From Pseudomonas aeruginosa PAO1 (GTDB lineage Bacteria; Pseudomonadota; Gammaproteobacteria; Pseudomonadales; Pseudomonadaceae): DNA of 64,000 nt. The stretch lies in assembly GCF_000006765.1 (NCBI RefSeq), contig NC_002516.2; one strand, written 5' to 3'. Made by a program: the position numbers and the translations under genes. Below, in pieces: positions 41,316 to 51,640 of this stretch (its first letter is position 1; every line of letters begins with the position of its first letter). A model generated the notes under the pieces. That model was not told where the DNA came from, ran no database searches, and worked only from the letters and a program-made list of their open reading frames with translations.

Positions 41316-41500
41316 GGACAGACAGGCTATCCGTTTGGTCAGGGGAAACGCCCATTCGCTCCGCGCCGCCCATGCGGCAACGAACCGGGCGTTGCCTCGC
41401 TGAAAAGAGCTTCAGTGAGTTTCAGGCTTCAGGGAATACACCCAATCGGAGGGGCGCGCCCAGCGACATTGGCGTCGCTATACGCCCCTTTCCACCGACC

Positions 41501-42016
41501 TCAGCCGCCCCGCGCGCCCTGGACCGGCCCCTGGGGCGCCTCGCCGCGCTCCTCCTGCACTGCCCGCCCGGCCCGTTCCACGGCGTTCCACAACCAGGGC
41601 GGCAGGTGCTCCGGGTCGAGGCTGTCGAGGAGGTTCTTGACCGCCAGGCCCAGCTCGGTGTCGCCCTCGATCACCAGGCGGCGGCGGAAGAACAGGGTAT
41701 CCGGGTCCTCATGCCGGCTGGCCAGCAGCAGGAAGTCGCGCCAGTCGCCACGGATGGTCACGCTGGCCCGTGGCCGTTCGACCAGGCGCAGGCCGCCGGG
41801 CACCCGGGTGACGCACCAGCCGACGCCGAGGTCCCTGACTTCCAGGCGCAGCCAGCGACCTTCCAGCAGGTCGAAGGCGCCCTCCTCCAGCGGCTGGGCG
41901 AACAGCCGGTTGGCGACCCGTTGCAGGACCAGGTGCTGGAGCCCGCGCGGAACCTTCGCCGCCAGCGGCAACAGGCGTCCGGCGACGCCGAGGAGCAGGC
42001 GTTGGCGGTTCAGCAT
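41501..42016 (-). CDS. ubiT: SCP2-domain lipid-binding protein UbiT
   Basis: EDPDTLFFRRRLVIEGDTELGLAVKNLLD. Confidence 0.93.
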   Translation of the reverse strand: MLNRQRLLLGVAGRLLPLAAKVPRGLQHLVLQRVANRLFAQPLEEGAFDLLEGRWLRLEVRDLGVGWCVTRVPGGLRLVERPRASVTIRGDWRDFLLLASRHEDPDTLFFRRRLVIEGDTELGLAVKNLLDSLDPEHLPPWLWNAVERAGRAVQEERGEAPQGPVQGARGG

Positions 42017-42900
42017 AGCCCTGCCTCCTCTGCCCGCAGCATCCCCGGCCGGCCGTGCCAGTAGCCGTTGCAGCCTTCCACGGCGAGCGGCGGAGCGGCA
42101 CCCTTGCGTACCCGGTCGAAGGCCGCGATCACCTCGGCCATGCCCTGCGCCCGAGGACTCAGGCGTAGCAGGTCGGCGCCGCTATGTTCCAGCGAGCGGT
42201 AGTCGGCCAGCAGGTTGCTGACCTTGCCGGACATGGTCTGGATGCCGTTGAGGGTGAACAGCGCCTCGCCCTCCTGGCTGAGCAGCGGGATACCTTCGGG
42301 ATACTGCTGGCAGCAGAACTGGCAGTCGTCCTTGGGCCGGTTCTCCGCCCGCGCGGTGAAGCAGCGCGCCGAGTAGGCCAGCGGCAGGTGACCGTAGGCG
42401 AAGACCTCGGTCTGCAATTGCTCCAGGCCCAGCTGCGCAGCCTGGTCGAGCACCCCGCGCAGCAGCTTGCCGGAGACTTCCACCGGCGGAATCCAGCGGC
42501 GCATGCCCCAGGAATACAGTTCGGCCAGGGCATGACCGTTGTAGAGGTTCAGCGCCGGACCGCCGACAAAGGGCACGCCGCGCTGGCTGAGGTAATAGAC
42601 GGCGGCCATGTCGTTGGCCTCGACCCGGAGTTCGCCGTTCTCGCATAGCCGGCGCAGGCTGGACAGCTCCGAAGCGGCCTCGATCAGCGCCAGCCCGGAG
42701 AGCACCAGCTCGGCACGGGTCGCCTGCGCCAGCTCGCGGGCCAGCGCCTGCCAATCGTTCAGGGACAGCGCCCGGCGCTTGGCGCAGACGGTCTCGCCGA
42801 GGTAGATGACGTCGAGCGGCTGGCCGGCCATCTCGGCGTAGAAATCGAATATCTGCCGCTTGTCCCAGTAGAACAGCAGCGGTCCCAGGCTCAGTTTCAT
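42010..42900 (-). CDS. ubiV: U32-family Fe-S protein UbiV (O2-independent ubiquinone synthesis)
   Basis: Start MKLSLGP at 42900. Motifs YLGETVCAKR, SARCFTARA, DDCQFCC. Confidence 0.93.
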   Translation of the reverse strand: MKLSLGPLLFYWDKRQIFDFYAEMAGQPLDVIYLGETVCAKRRALSLNDWQALARELAQATRAELVLSGLALIEAASELSSLRRLCENGELRVEANDMAAVYYLSQRGVPFVGGPALNLYNGHALAELYSWGMRRWIPPVEVSGKLLRGVLDQAAQLGLEQLQTEVFAYGHLPLAYSARCFTARAENRPKDDCQFCCQQYPEGIPLLSQEGEALFTLNGIQTMSGKVSNLLADYRSLEHSGADLLRLSPRAQGMAEVIAAFDRVRKGAAPPLAVEGCNGYWHGRPGMLRAEEAGLC

Positions 42901-42911
42901 CGCGGCGGTCC

Positions 42912-43907
42912 TCACTGCCAGGAACGGTGATAGGCGCCCAGGGTGGTCTGGTGCCCTTCGGAAAGTCCGGCCAGCGCGCGCTGCCATTGCGGCTGCACGC
43001 TATAGGCGCCCGGCGCGCTGGCGTAGCTGTCCAGCGCCTGGCGCCAGACCCGGGTGACCTGCTCGACGTAGGCCGGGCTGCGCTGGCGGCCTTCGATCTT
43101 CACCGCCGCCACGCCGATTTCCGCCAGCTGCGGGACCAGGTCCAGGGTGTTCAGGCTGGTCGGTTCCTCCAGCGCATGGAAGCGCTGGCCATTGACCAGG
43201 AAACGGCCCTTGCAGAGGGTCGGGTAGCCGGCCGCCTCGCCGGCGGCGTAGCGGTCGATGAGCACTTCGTTGAGGCGCGAGGTCAACCCCTCCGGTTCCT
43301 CGCTCCAGCGCACCGCCCTGGCCGGCGAACAGACGCCGCAGAGGTTCGGCGACTCGCCGGTGACGTAGGAGGACAGGTGGCAGCGGCCCTCGGCCATGAT
43401 GCACAGGCTGCCGAAGGCGAACACCTCCACCGGCACCGGGCTACCGGCCGCCACCTGGCGTACCTGCGCCAGCGATAGCACGCGGGGCAGGACCGCGCGA
43501 CGGATGCCGTAGCGTTCGTGATAGAGGGCCAGGGCCGCGGCATTGGTTGCCGAGCCCTGCACCGACAGATGCAGGTTGAGCCGCGGATGACGCTTCGCGG
43601 CATAGCCGAGCACCGCCACGTCGGCGGCGATCAACGCATCGACGCCGAGGTCGGCGGCCTGGTCCACCGCGCGCTGCCAGCGCTCCCAGCCCTGCGCGCT
43701 GGAATAGGTGTTGACCGCTACGTAGAGCTGCCGCCCGGCCTCGTGGACTCGCCGCAGGCCTTCCTGCAACTGGCGTTCGTCAAGGTTGAGGCCGGCGAAA
43801 TGGCGGGCGTTGGTGTCGTCGCGGAAACCGACGTAGATGGCATCGGCGCCCTGTCGCAGGGCCGACTTCAAGGCGGGCAGGCTGCCCGCCGGACAGACCA
43901 GTTGCAT
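42912..43907 (-). CDS. ubiU: U32-family Fe-S protein UbiU
   Basis: Start MQLVCPAG at 43907. Motifs FGSLCIMAEGRCHLSSY, CSPA, GYPTLCKGRF, KIEGRQRS. Confidence 0.94.
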   Translation of the reverse strand: MQLVCPAGSLPALKSALRQGADAIYVGFRDDTNARHFAGLNLDERQLQEGLRRVHEAGRQLYVAVNTYSSAQGWERWQRAVDQAADLGVDALIAADVAVLGYAAKRHPRLNLHLSVQGSATNAAALALYHERYGIRRAVLPRVLSLAQVRQVAAGSPVPVEVFAFGSLCIMAEGRCHLSSYVTGESPNLCGVCSPARAVRWSEEPEGLTSRLNEVLIDRYAAGEAAGYPTLCKGRFLVNGQRFHALEEPTSLNTLDLVPQLAEIGVAAVKIEGRQRSPAYVEQVTRVWRQALDSYASAPGAYSVQPQWQRALAGLSEGHQTTLGAYHRSWQ

Positions 43908-44001
43908 GGGGTTGCTCCTCTGGCGAAAAACGCGCTCCGCGGCAGTGGGCAACCCCGGGGCACAGGCGCCACACTCTAGAAAGACGCTCCCGGTCGGCGC
44001 T

Positions 44002-44015
44002 TGACCGGGATCAAG
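44002..44015. promoter_or_regulatory. Anr box of the ubiUVT promoter
   Basis: TTGACCGGGATCAA, with minus-strand -10 TAGAGT at 43978-43973 (class II geometry). Confidence 0.82.
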
Positions 44016-44021
44016 AAGGCC

Positions 44022-45245
44022 TCAGGCCATCAGTGCGGAGAACGGCAGAAAGTCGATCGCATCACCCACGCCCAGGGTGGCGCCGCGCTCGATCACCGCC
44101 AGCCCGTCCGCCCAACTGGCGGCAAGCAGCATCGCCGAGCCCTGCTGCGGGTGGATTTCCACCCGCCCCCGTTCATCGAGCCGCGCCCGCAGGTACTGGC
44201 GACGCGCCCGCGGTTGCGGCCAGTCGAAGGCCGCCGGCAACGCCAGCGGCCGCGGCACTACGTCGAACAGTCCCTGCTGGCGAAGCAGGAACGGACGCGC
44301 CACCAGTAATGCGGTGACCAGCGCCGCCGCAGGGTTGCCGGGCAGCCCCAGCCAGGGCTTGCCGGCCACGGAGCCGAAGGCGAACGGCTTGCCCGGCTGG
44401 ATCGCCAGGCGCCACAGGTTGACCTCGCCAAGCTCGGCGATGGCGCGCTTGAGGTGGTCTTCCTCGCCTACCGAGACACCGCCGCTGGTGACCAGCGCGT
44501 CCCATTCGGAGGCCGCCAGGCTGAGCGCATCGCGGCTGGCCACCAGTTCGTCGGCGAGCACTTCCTCGTCGTGCACCTCGAAGCCCAGACCGCGCAGCAA
44601 GGCGCCGATGCAGTAACGGTTGGCGTTGTAGATCTGCCCGGCCAACAGTGTCTGGCCGGGCTCGCGCAATTCGTCGCCGCTGCTCAGCAGGCCGATGCGC
44701 AAGCGCCGACGCACCGAGACCGTGGCGACGCCGAGACTCGCCAGCAGGCCGAGTTCCTGCGGGCGCAAGCGCTGTCCGGCACGCAGCACCGGCGCGCCAC
44801 GACGCAACTCCTCGCCGCGCCGGCGCACATGCTGGCCGGCGCTCACCGGCGGCAACTGCACGCGCTCGCCGTCGACCACGCAGAGTTCCTGCGGCACCAC
44901 GCAGTCGGCGCCGGTCGGCAGCGGCGCGCCGGTGAAGATCCGCGCCGCCTGGCCCAGCGGCAGGCTCATGCCGCGGGTGTCGCCGGCGGCGATCCGCGCG
45001 CCGACCGTCAGGCTGCCGCCGCTGCGCGGCAGGTCGGCGGAGCACAAGGCGTAGCCGTCCATCGCGCTGTTGTCCCAATGCGGCAGGTCCATCGGCGCCA
45101 GCAGGTCCTCGCCGAGCACTCGTCCCAGCGCCCGCTCCAGGGCCAGGCTCTCGCAGGCTGGCGGGCGCGGCGCGCGCGCCAGCAGTTCGGCCAGCGCCTC
45201 GTCGAGCGGGCGCAGTTGGCCGCCATCGCAGGCGCAAGCGCTCAC
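44022..45245 (-). CDS. moeA1: Molybdopterin molybdotransferase MoeA1, 407 aa
   Basis: GTG overlapping the moaB1 stop. Motifs [40 protein letters not shown]. Confidence 0.93.
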   Translation of the reverse strand: MSACACDGGQLRPLDEALAELLARAPRPPACESLALERALGRVLGEDLLAPMDLPHWDNSAMDGYALCSADLPRSGGSLTVGARIAAGDTRGMSLPLGQAARIFTGAPLPTGADCVVPQELCVVDGERVQLPPVSAGQHVRRRGEELRRGAPVLRAGQRLRPQELGLLASLGVATVSVRRRLRIGLLSSGDELREPGQTLLAGQIYNANRYCIGALLRGLGFEVHDEEVLADELVASRDALSLAASEWDALVTSGGVSVGEEDHLKRAIAELGEVNLWRLAIQPGKPFAFGSVAGKPWLGLPGNPAAALVTALLVARPFLLRQQGLFDVVPRPLALPAAFDWPQPRARRQYLRARLDERGRVEIHPQQGSAMLLAASWADGLAVIERGATLGVGDAIDFLPFSALMA

Positions 45246-45799
45246 GAGCGGCACCCGCAGCCGGCCACCGGCGCCACGGCTGGCGGGGTCTTCAGGTGCG
45301 GGACGAAATTGCACGGGCGGGTGCGGCTGTCCAGTTGCGCCAGGAGAATCTCGTTCCAGGCGGTGCGACAGGCGCCCGGCGAGCCGGGCAGGCAGCACAC
45401 CAGGGTACCGTTGCTGAGCCCGGCCAGCGCCCGCGACTGGATGGTGGAAGTGCCGATCTCGCGCTGCGAGACCTGGCGGAACAGTTCGCCGAAGCCCTCG
45501 ACATCGCGCTCGAACAGCGGCCCGACCGCCTGCGGGGTGTTGTCCCGCGCGGTGAAGCCGGTGCCGCCGGTGATCAGGCCGACCTGTACCTCGGGGTCGG
45601 CGATCCAGGCCGAGACCACCGCGCGGATCTGGTAGATGTCATCGGTCTTCAGGCTCCGCTGGTGCAGGCGATGACCGGCGGCCAGCAGCGCGTCGGCGAG
45701 GGTCTGGCCGGAAGTATCGGTTTCCAGGGTACGGGTGTCGCTGACGGTGAGGATGGCGATGTTCAGCGGCTGGAAGGTGGAGGTGGCCAGGTGGCTCAT
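45242..45799 (-). CDS. moaB1: Molybdenum cofactor biosynthesis protein B
   Basis: [29 protein letters not shown]. Confidence 0.94.
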   Translation of the reverse strand: MSHLATSTFQPLNIAILTVSDTRTLETDTSGQTLADALLAAGHRLHQRSLKTDDIYQIRAVVSAWIADPEVQVGLITGGTGFTARDNTPQAVGPLFERDVEGFGELFRQVSQREIGTSTIQSRALAGLSNGTLVCCLPGSPGACRTAWNEILLAQLDSRTRPCNFVPHLKTPPAVAPVAGCGCRS

Positions 45800-45858
45800 G
45801 GAAGGGGTCCTAGGAACGGGCGATGCCTCAGCCTGAACCGCGGGCCCCCGGCTGGCTA

Positions 45859-45874
45859 TTCCTCCGAAGAGGTA
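45859..45874. promoter_or_regulatory. NarL-like 7-2-7 site upstream of moaB1
   Basis: TTCCTCC-GA-AGAGGTA, with an extra GGAGGTA heptamer at 45889-45895. Confidence 0.6.
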
Positions 45875-45899
45875 AGCCGGCGGCGCGAGGAGGTAGACG

Positions 45900-46352
45900 T
45901 CACTCCTCCCAGCGCTGCGCGGCGGCCTGGTCGCTGCAGCGGCCTTCGACCCAGCGCGGGCCTTCGGCGGTGTCTTCCTTCTTCCAGAACGGCGCGCGGG
46001 TCTTCAGGTAGTCCATGACGAAGTTGCAGGCGTCGAACGCCGCCTGCCGGTGGGCGCTGGCGCAACCGACGAAGACGATCGGCTCGCCCGGCTCCAGGCG
46101 GCCGATGCGGTGGAGGATCTCCAGGCGCAGCAGCGGCCAGCGCTGCCCGGCCTCGGCGGCGATCTTGCCGAGGGCCTTCTCGGTCATGCCCGGATAATGT
46201 TCGAGGAACATCCCGCCGACCTCGCGACCGTCGTTGAAGTCGCGCACGTAGCCGACGAAGCCGACCACCGCGCCGATGCCGACGTTCTGCGCATGCAGGG
46301 CGTTAAGCTCCTGCCCCGGATCGAAAGCGGCCTGCTGGACGCGGATGGCCAT
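45900..46352 (-). CDS. moaE: Molybdopterin synthase large subunit
   Basis: LEHYPGM, HRIGRL, MDYLKTRAPFWKKE. Confidence 0.95.
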   Translation of the reverse strand: MAIRVQQAAFDPGQELNALHAQNVGIGAVVGFVGYVRDFNDGREVGGMFLEHYPGMTEKALGKIAAEAGQRWPLLRLEILHRIGRLEPGEPIVFVGCASAHRQAAFDACNFVMDYLKTRAPFWKKEDTAEGPRWVEGRCSDQAAAQRWEE

Positions 46353-46356
46353 GGGT

Positions 46357-46608
46357 TCAACCTCCGGTGACGGTGGGGAAGAAGGCGACTTCGTCGCCGT
46401 CCTGCAACGGCTCGTCGAGGCCGCACAGTTCCTGATTGCGCGCGCACATCAGGTTCTGCTCGCCGAGGGTACGCTCCCAGGCCCCGCCGCGCTCCACCAG
46501 GAGCTGGCGCAAGGCGCCGAGGGTCGCCAGCCCGGCGTCCCAGTTCAACTGCTCGCCGTCGATGCCGAGGGCTTCGCGGTAACGGGCGAAATACTGCACG
46601 CGGATCAT
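46357..46608 (-). CDS. moaD: Molybdopterin synthase sulfur carrier
   Basis: [12 protein letters not shown]...[11 protein letters not shown] (C-terminal GG). Confidence 0.95.
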   Translation of the reverse strand: MIRVQYFARYREALGIDGEQLNWDAGLATLGALRQLLVERGGAWERTLGEQNLMCARNQELCGLDEPLQDGDEVAFFPTVTGG

Positions 46609-47087
46609 GCCTGCCCTTCCTCCTCTTTGCGATAGTGGCCGCTCTTGCCGCCGAGCTTCTCCAGCAACTGGACCTGCTCGATGACCATCCCGCGGTCCAC
46701 CGCCTTGCACATGTCGTAGATGGTCAGGGCCGCGACGCTGGCGGCGGTGAGCGCCTCCATCTCCACGCCGGTCTGCCCGGCCAGCCGGCAACGCGCGCGG
46801 ATGCGCACGGCGTCCGGCGCCTCGGCCTGCAGTTCGAGCTTGACGCTGGTGAGCAACAACGGATGGCACAGCGGGATCAGTTCGTGGGTGCGCTTGGCCG
46901 CCTGGATGCCGGCGATCCGCGCCACGGCGAAGACGTCGCCCTTGGGATGGCCGCCGTCCTGGATCAGTTGCAGGGTTTCCGGGCGCATGCGCACCACGGC
47001 CTCGGCCGTGGCTTCACGGGAGGTCACGGCCTTTTCCGTGACGTCGACCATGTTGGCGCGGCCCTGGGAATCGAGATGGGTCAGCAC
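46605..47087 (-). CDS. moaC: cPMP synthase MoaC, 160 aa
   Basis: LTHLD...[27 protein letters not shown]. Confidence 0.95.
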   Translation of the reverse strand: MLTHLDSQGRANMVDVTEKAVTSREATAEAVVRMRPETLQLIQDGGHPKGDVFAVARIAGIQAAKRTHELIPLCHPLLLTSVKLELQAEAPDAVRIRARCRLAGQTGVEMEALTAASVAALTIYDMCKAVDRGMVIEQVQLLEKLGGKSGHYRKEEEGQA

Positions 47088-47180
47088 GTGGGTGCTCCTG
47101 GAAGAGGATACTGGCCAGTCATTGTAAGCCCTGGAGGGCATGACGCGATGCCTGGGGGAGGTTCGGAAGGGGGATGATTG

Positions 47181-47196
47181 TATACATAAAGAGGTA
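47181..47196. promoter_or_regulatory. Possible NarL site upstream of moaCDE
   Basis: TATACAT-AA-AGAGGTA (one perfect half-site). A minus-strand -10 TACAAT lies at 47126-47121. Confidence 0.35.
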
Positions 47197-47242
47197 GGGC
47201 AGGCCGGCGCAAGGCACCTCATCCCGATCGGGTAACGATGCG

Positions 47243-47310
47243 GGCCCGGTCCCCGGACCGGGCCTGGCAGGATGTATATCCCGCCCGGCTTTTTCAACCG
47301 GGCGGGATAT
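47243..47310. terminator. Two tandem GC hairpins after the PIN-PhoH gene
   Basis: 10-bp stem at 47243-47264 and 13-bp stem ATATCCCGCCCGG/CCGGGCGGGATAT at 47276-47310. Confidence 0.55.
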
Positions 47311-47335
47311 CGGCCGGCGATTGCCGCCGGCTACT

Positions 47336-48727
47336 TCACATGTGCGCCTCGGCGTACTCCGCCAGCACCGAGCGCGGCACCCCTTGCAGGGTCACGTGCA
47401 CGCCGTGGGGGAAGTCCTTGAAGCGTTCGGTGAGGTAGGTCAGGCCGGAGCTGGTGGCGGACAGGTAGGGCGTGTCGATCTGCGCCAGGTTGCCCAGGCA
47501 GATCACCTTCGAACCGCTGCCGGCGCGGGTGATGATGGTCTTCATCTGGTGCGGCGTGAGGTTCTGGCATTCGTCGATGAGGATCAGGCTCTGCTGGAAG
47601 CTGCGCCCGCGGATGTAGTTCAGCGACTTGAACTGCAACGGCACCTTGCTGAGGATGTAGTCGACGCTGCCATGGGTGCATTCGTCGTCCATGTGCAGCG
47701 CTTCGAGGTTGTCGGTGATGGCGCCGAGCCAGGGCTCCATCTTTTCCGCCTCGGTGCCGGGCAGGAAGCCGATGTCCTCGTCCAGGCCCTGCACGCTGCG
47801 GGTGGCGATGATGCGCCGGTAGCGCTTGCTGACCATGGTCTGCTCGATGGCCGCGGCGAGCGCCAGGATGGTCTTGCCGGAACCGGCGGCACCGGACAGG
47901 TTGACCAGGTGGATGTCCGGGTCGAGCAGCGCGTACAGCGCCAGCGACTGGTACACGTCGCGTGGCCGCAGGCCCCAGGCTTCCTGGTGCAGGAGCGGCT
48001 CCTGGTGCAGGTCGAGGATGGTCAGCTCGTCCTGCTGGATGCCCTTGATCCAGCCGACGAAGCCCTGTTCGTCGACGATGAACTCGTTGATGTGCACCGC
48101 CGGCAGGTTGTCGGTGAGCTGCACGCGATGCCAGGTACGGCCGTGGTCCTGGCGGGTCTCGACCTTGCTCACGCGGTCCCAGAAAGAGCCGGCGAGGGAA
48201 TGGTAGCCGCGCGACAGCAGGGCCACGTCGTCGATCAACTGGTCGGTGTGGTAGTCCTCCGCGTCCACCCCGCAGGCGCGCGCCTTCAGGCGCATGTTGA
48301 TGTCCTTGGTCACCAGCACCACGCGCACGCCGCTGTGGCGGCTCTTCAGCTCGACCAACTGGTTGATGATCTTGTTGTCGTTGAGGTGCTCCGGCAGCCA
48401 GGTGATGGGCTCGGCACGCTTGCTCATGAGGATCGACAGGCTGCCGCTGGGGCCGTTCTTGCCACGCTGGATCGGTACCCCTCCCTCTACCTGCTCGGGC
48501 GTGGCCTCGCCGAGTACCTGGTCGATCAGGCGGATGGCCTGGCGGCACTCGGCGGCGATGGTGTGCTTTCCGGTCTTCAGCTTGTCCAGCTCTTCGAGCA
48601 CCGTCATCGGGATCGCGACGCGGTGTTCCTGGAAGTTCAACAGGGCATTCGGATCGTGGATCAGGACATTGGTATCGAGGACGTACAGGGTGGGCTGGGT
48701 GGGGCGGGAACGTCCGTGGTCATCCAT
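47336..48727 (-). CDS. PIN-domain/PhoH-family ATPase (PhoH2/YlaK-like), 463 aa
   Basis: PIN YVLDTNVLIHDP...VLEELDKLK, LVTKDINMR; PhoH GAAGSGKT, YIRGRSF, IDECQN, LGNLAQID. Confidence 0.92.
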   Translation of the reverse strand: MDDHGRSRPTQPTLYVLDTNVLIHDPNALLNFQEHRVAIPMTVLEELDKLKTGKHTIAAECRQAIRLIDQVLGEATPEQVEGGVPIQRGKNGPSGSLSILMSKRAEPITWLPEHLNDNKIINQLVELKSRHSGVRVVLVTKDINMRLKARACGVDAEDYHTDQLIDDVALLSRGYHSLAGSFWDRVSKVETRQDHGRTWHRVQLTDNLPAVHINEFIVDEQGFVGWIKGIQQDELTILDLHQEPLLHQEAWGLRPRDVYQSLALYALLDPDIHLVNLSGAAGSGKTILALAAAIEQTMVSKRYRRIIATRSVQGLDEDIGFLPGTEAEKMEPWLGAITDNLEALHMDDECTHGSVDYILSKVPLQFKSLNYIRGRSFQQSLILIDECQNLTPHQMKTIITRAGSGSKVICLGNLAQIDTPYLSATSSGLTYLTERFKDFPHGVHVTLQGVPRSVLAEYAEAHM

Positions 48728-49130
48728 ACGCGATCACCTTCTGCTAAGGGCCTGGCGACGGAATGCCGGGTCGGCGCTCCGCCGGGGGGCGAGCCGCCTT
48801 CTCTCTTCCGGTGGGGAGAGCCTGACAGCAGAGGTGAGGGCCGGGGCCGCCACCTGTGCTGCAGGGTTCGGCGGTCTACGGTTCCACAAATACCGCAAAA
48901 AATATGACGGTAAAAAGTACTTTTCGTCATCAGCAGGTTTTTTTTCCGCAAGCGACGAAATACCTTGGCGCAGCCCTTCGCGAGGTCTAGTGTTATCGGT
49001 CCCACCTCTGTGAAAACCCTCCGCTTTTCCGTGCCGCAACGGTTTTCCAGCGCCATTCCCCCTCCCCCCTGCCCCTGCGACATAAAGCCGCCACTGCGCC
49101 CTGCGCCGCCTTCCTGTATGAATCCGGGGC

Positions 49131-49161
49131 TTGACCTTGACACGATGTCAAGGCTGAACCT
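49131..49161 (+). promoter_or_regulatory. CueR (MerR-type) promoter of copA
   Basis: -35 TTGACC, 19-bp spacer carrying the dyad CCTTGACA-CGA-TGTCAAGG, -10 GAACCT. Same layout as the E. coli copA promoter. Confidence 0.85.
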
Positions 49162-49230
49162 GGCGACAGATCTCACCGGCGCCTCCCAGGGCGCCTGCGG
49201 TGCCACTTCTGTCCATTCCAAGGAGGACTC

Positions 49231-51609
49231 ATGAACAGCGCCACGCTAACCGAGCTCGATCTGCCGGTCAGCGGCATGACTTGCGCGTCCTGCGCCGGCC
49301 GTGTCGAACGAGCCCTGAAGAAAGTGCCCGGGGTCGCGGCCGCCTCGGTCAACCTGGCCAGCGAGCAGGCCCGCGTACAGGCCCCGGCGGACAGCCTGCC
49401 GGCCCTGGTGGCGGCGGTCGAGCAGGCCGGCTACCAGGTTCCGGCGCGCAGCCTGGAACTGTCCATCGAGGGCATGACCTGCGCCAGTTGCGTCGGCCGG
49501 GTCGAGCGGGCGCTGAAGAAGGTGCCCGGCGTACGCGAGGTCAGCGTCAACCTGGCCAGCGAGCGCGCCCACCTCGAGCTGCTCGGCGCCGTGGACAGCC
49601 AGGCCTTGCTACAGGCGGTGGAACAGGCCGGCTACAAGGCCCGCCTGCTCGACGCGGGGCAACCACGCCAGGACGATGCCGAGCGCCGCCTGCGCCGCGA
49701 ACGCTGGTGGGTGATCGCCGCGCTGTTGCTGGCGTTGCCGCTGGTGCTGCCGATGCTGGTGGAATGGGCCGGCCTGCACTGGATGCTGCCGCCGTGGGCG
49801 CAGTTCCTCCTGGCGACCCCGGTGCAGTTCGTCATCGGCGCGCGCTTCTATGTCTCCGCCTGGCGCGCGGTGAAGGCCGGTGCCGGCAATATGGACCTGC
49901 TGGTCGCCCTCGGCACCAGCGCCGGCTACGGCCTCAGCGTCTACCTCTGGCTGACCGCCCCGCCCGGCCACATGCCGCACCTCTACTTCGAAGCCTCCAC
50001 CGTGGTGATCGCCCTGATCCTCCTCGGCAAGTACCTGGAAAGCCGCGCCAAGCGCCAGACCGCCAGCGCCATCCGCGCCCTCGAGGCGTTGCGCCCGGAG
50101 CGCGCGGTGCGCCTGCGCGACGGTCGCGAGGAAGAGGTGGCGATCGCCGAGTTGCGCCTCGGCGACGAGGTGGTGGTGCGTCCCGGCGAACGCTTCCCGG
50201 TGGACGGCGAGGTGCTCGACGGCAGCAGCCACGCCGACGAGGCGCTGATCACCGGCGAGAGCCTGCCGGTGCCCAAGGCTCCCGGCGACAAGGTCACCGG
50301 CGGCGCGATCAACGGCGAAGGCCGCCTGCTCCTGCGCACCACTGCGCTCGGCGGGGAAACGGTGCTGGCGAAGATCATCCGCCTGGTGGAAGACGCCCAG
50401 GCCGCCAAGGCGCCGATCCAGAAGCTGGTGGACAAGGTCAGCCAGGTCTTCGTCCCGGTGGTGATCCTCATCGCGCTGGTCACCCTCGGCGCCTGGCTGG
50501 TCGCCGGGGTCGGCCTGGAGCAGGCCCTGGTTAACGCCGTGGCGGTGCTGGTGATCGCCTGCCCCTGCGCCCTCGGCCTGGCCACCCCGACCGCGATCAT
50601 GGCCGGCACCGGCGTGGCCGCGCGCCACGGCATCCTGATCAAGGACGCCGAGTCCCTGGAAGTCGCCCATGCGGTCACCAGCGTGGCCTTCGACAAGACC
50701 GGCACCCTGACCTCCGGGCGACCGCAGATCATCCACCTCGGCGGCGACGACCAGGAGCAACTGCTCAGGCTCGCCGGCGCCCTGCAACGCGGCAGCGAGC
50801 ACCCGCTGGCCAAGGCCGTGCTCGAGCGCTGCGCCGAGCGCGACCTGGAGGTTCCGCCGGTGAACGCCAGCCAGGCCCTCAGCGGTCGCGGCATCCAGGG
50901 CGAGGTCGAGGGTCGCCGGCTGGCCCTGGGCAACCGCCGCCTGCTCGACGAGCAGGAACTCAAGCCCGGCGCGCTGGCGAGTGCCGCCGCGGACTGGGAG
51001 GCCGAGGGCCGCACCCTGTCCTGGCTGCTGGAATTGGCTCCGGAGAAACGCGTGCTCGGCCTGTTCGCCTTCGGCGACAGCCTCAAGGACGGCGCCGCCG
51101 AAGCGGTGGAGGCCCTGCGCGGACGGGATATCCACAGCCACCTGATCACCGGCGACAACCGCGGCAGCGCGGCGGTGGTGGCCAAGGCCCTGGGCATCGA
51201 CGACGTACACGCGGAAGTGCTGCCGGCGGACAAGGCCGCCACGGTCGCCGAGCTGAAAGGCCGGGGCCGGGTGGTGGCGATGGTCGGCGACGGCATCAAC
51301 GACGCCCCGGCGCTGGCCGCTGCCGACGTAGGCATCGCCATGGGTGGCGGCACCGACGTGGCCATGCACGCCGCCGGCATCACCCTGATGCGCGGCGACC
51401 CGCGCCTGGTGCCGGCGGCGCTGGACATCTCGCGGCGGACCTACGCGAAGATCCGCCAGAACCTGTTCTGGGCCTTCATCTACAACGTGATCGGCATCCC
51501 GCTGGCGGCCTTCGGCCTGCTCAACCCGATGGTGGCGGGCGCGGCGATGGCCTTCTCCAGCGTCAGCGTGGTCGGCAACGCCCTGCTCCTGCGACGCTGG
51601 AAGCCCTGA
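49231..51609 (+). CDS. copA: Cu(I)-exporting P1B ATPase
   Basis: Two GMTCASC domains, [29 protein letters not shown]...M in the last TMs. Confidence 0.95.
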   Translation: MNSATLTELDLPVSGMTCASCAGRVERALKKVPGVAAASVNLASEQARVQAPADSLPALVAAVEQAGYQVPARSLELSIEGMTCASCVGRVERALKKVPGVREVSVNLASERAHLELLGAVDSQALLQAVEQAGYKARLLDAGQPRQDDAERRLRRERWWVIAALLLALPLVLPMLVEWAGLHWMLPPWAQFLLATPVQFVIGARFYVSAWRAVKAGAGNMDLLVALGTSAGYGLSVYLWLTAPPGHMPHLYFEASTVVIALILLGKYLESRAKRQTASAIRALEALRPERAVRLRDGREEEVAIAELRLGDEVVVRPGERFPVDGEVLDGSSHADEALITGESLPVPKAPGDKVTGGAINGEGRLLLRTTALGGETVLAKIIRLVEDAQAAKAPIQKLVDKVSQVFVPVVILIALVTLGAWLVAGVGLEQALVNAVAVLVIACPCALGLATPTAIMAGTGVAARHGILIKDAESLEVAHAVTSVAFDKTGTLTSGRPQIIHLGGDDQEQLLRLAGALQRGSEHPLAKAVLERCAERDLEVPPVNASQALSGRGIQGEVEGRRLALGNRRLLDEQELKPGALASAAADWEAEGRTLSWLLELAPEKRVLGLFAFGDSLKDGAAEAVEALRGRDIHSHLITGDNRGSAAVVAKALGIDDVHAEVLPADKAATVAELKGRGRVVAMVGDGINDAPALAAADVGIAMGGGTDVAMHAAGITLMRGDPRLVPAALDISRRTYAKIRQNLFWAFIYNVIGIPLAAFGLLNPMVAGAAMAFSSVSVVGNALLLRRWKP

Positions 51610-51640
51610 GCCAGCACGCCAGGCATATGGGGTGGCGCGC

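Noticed and set aside
48734-49039. 101-aa ORF ending in the PIN-PhoH SD as a possible antitoxin or leader peptide
   Set aside because: TTG start without a clear SD, atypical codons (AGA/AGG), and it runs through the AT-rich promoter-like block. It would need Ribo-seq support.
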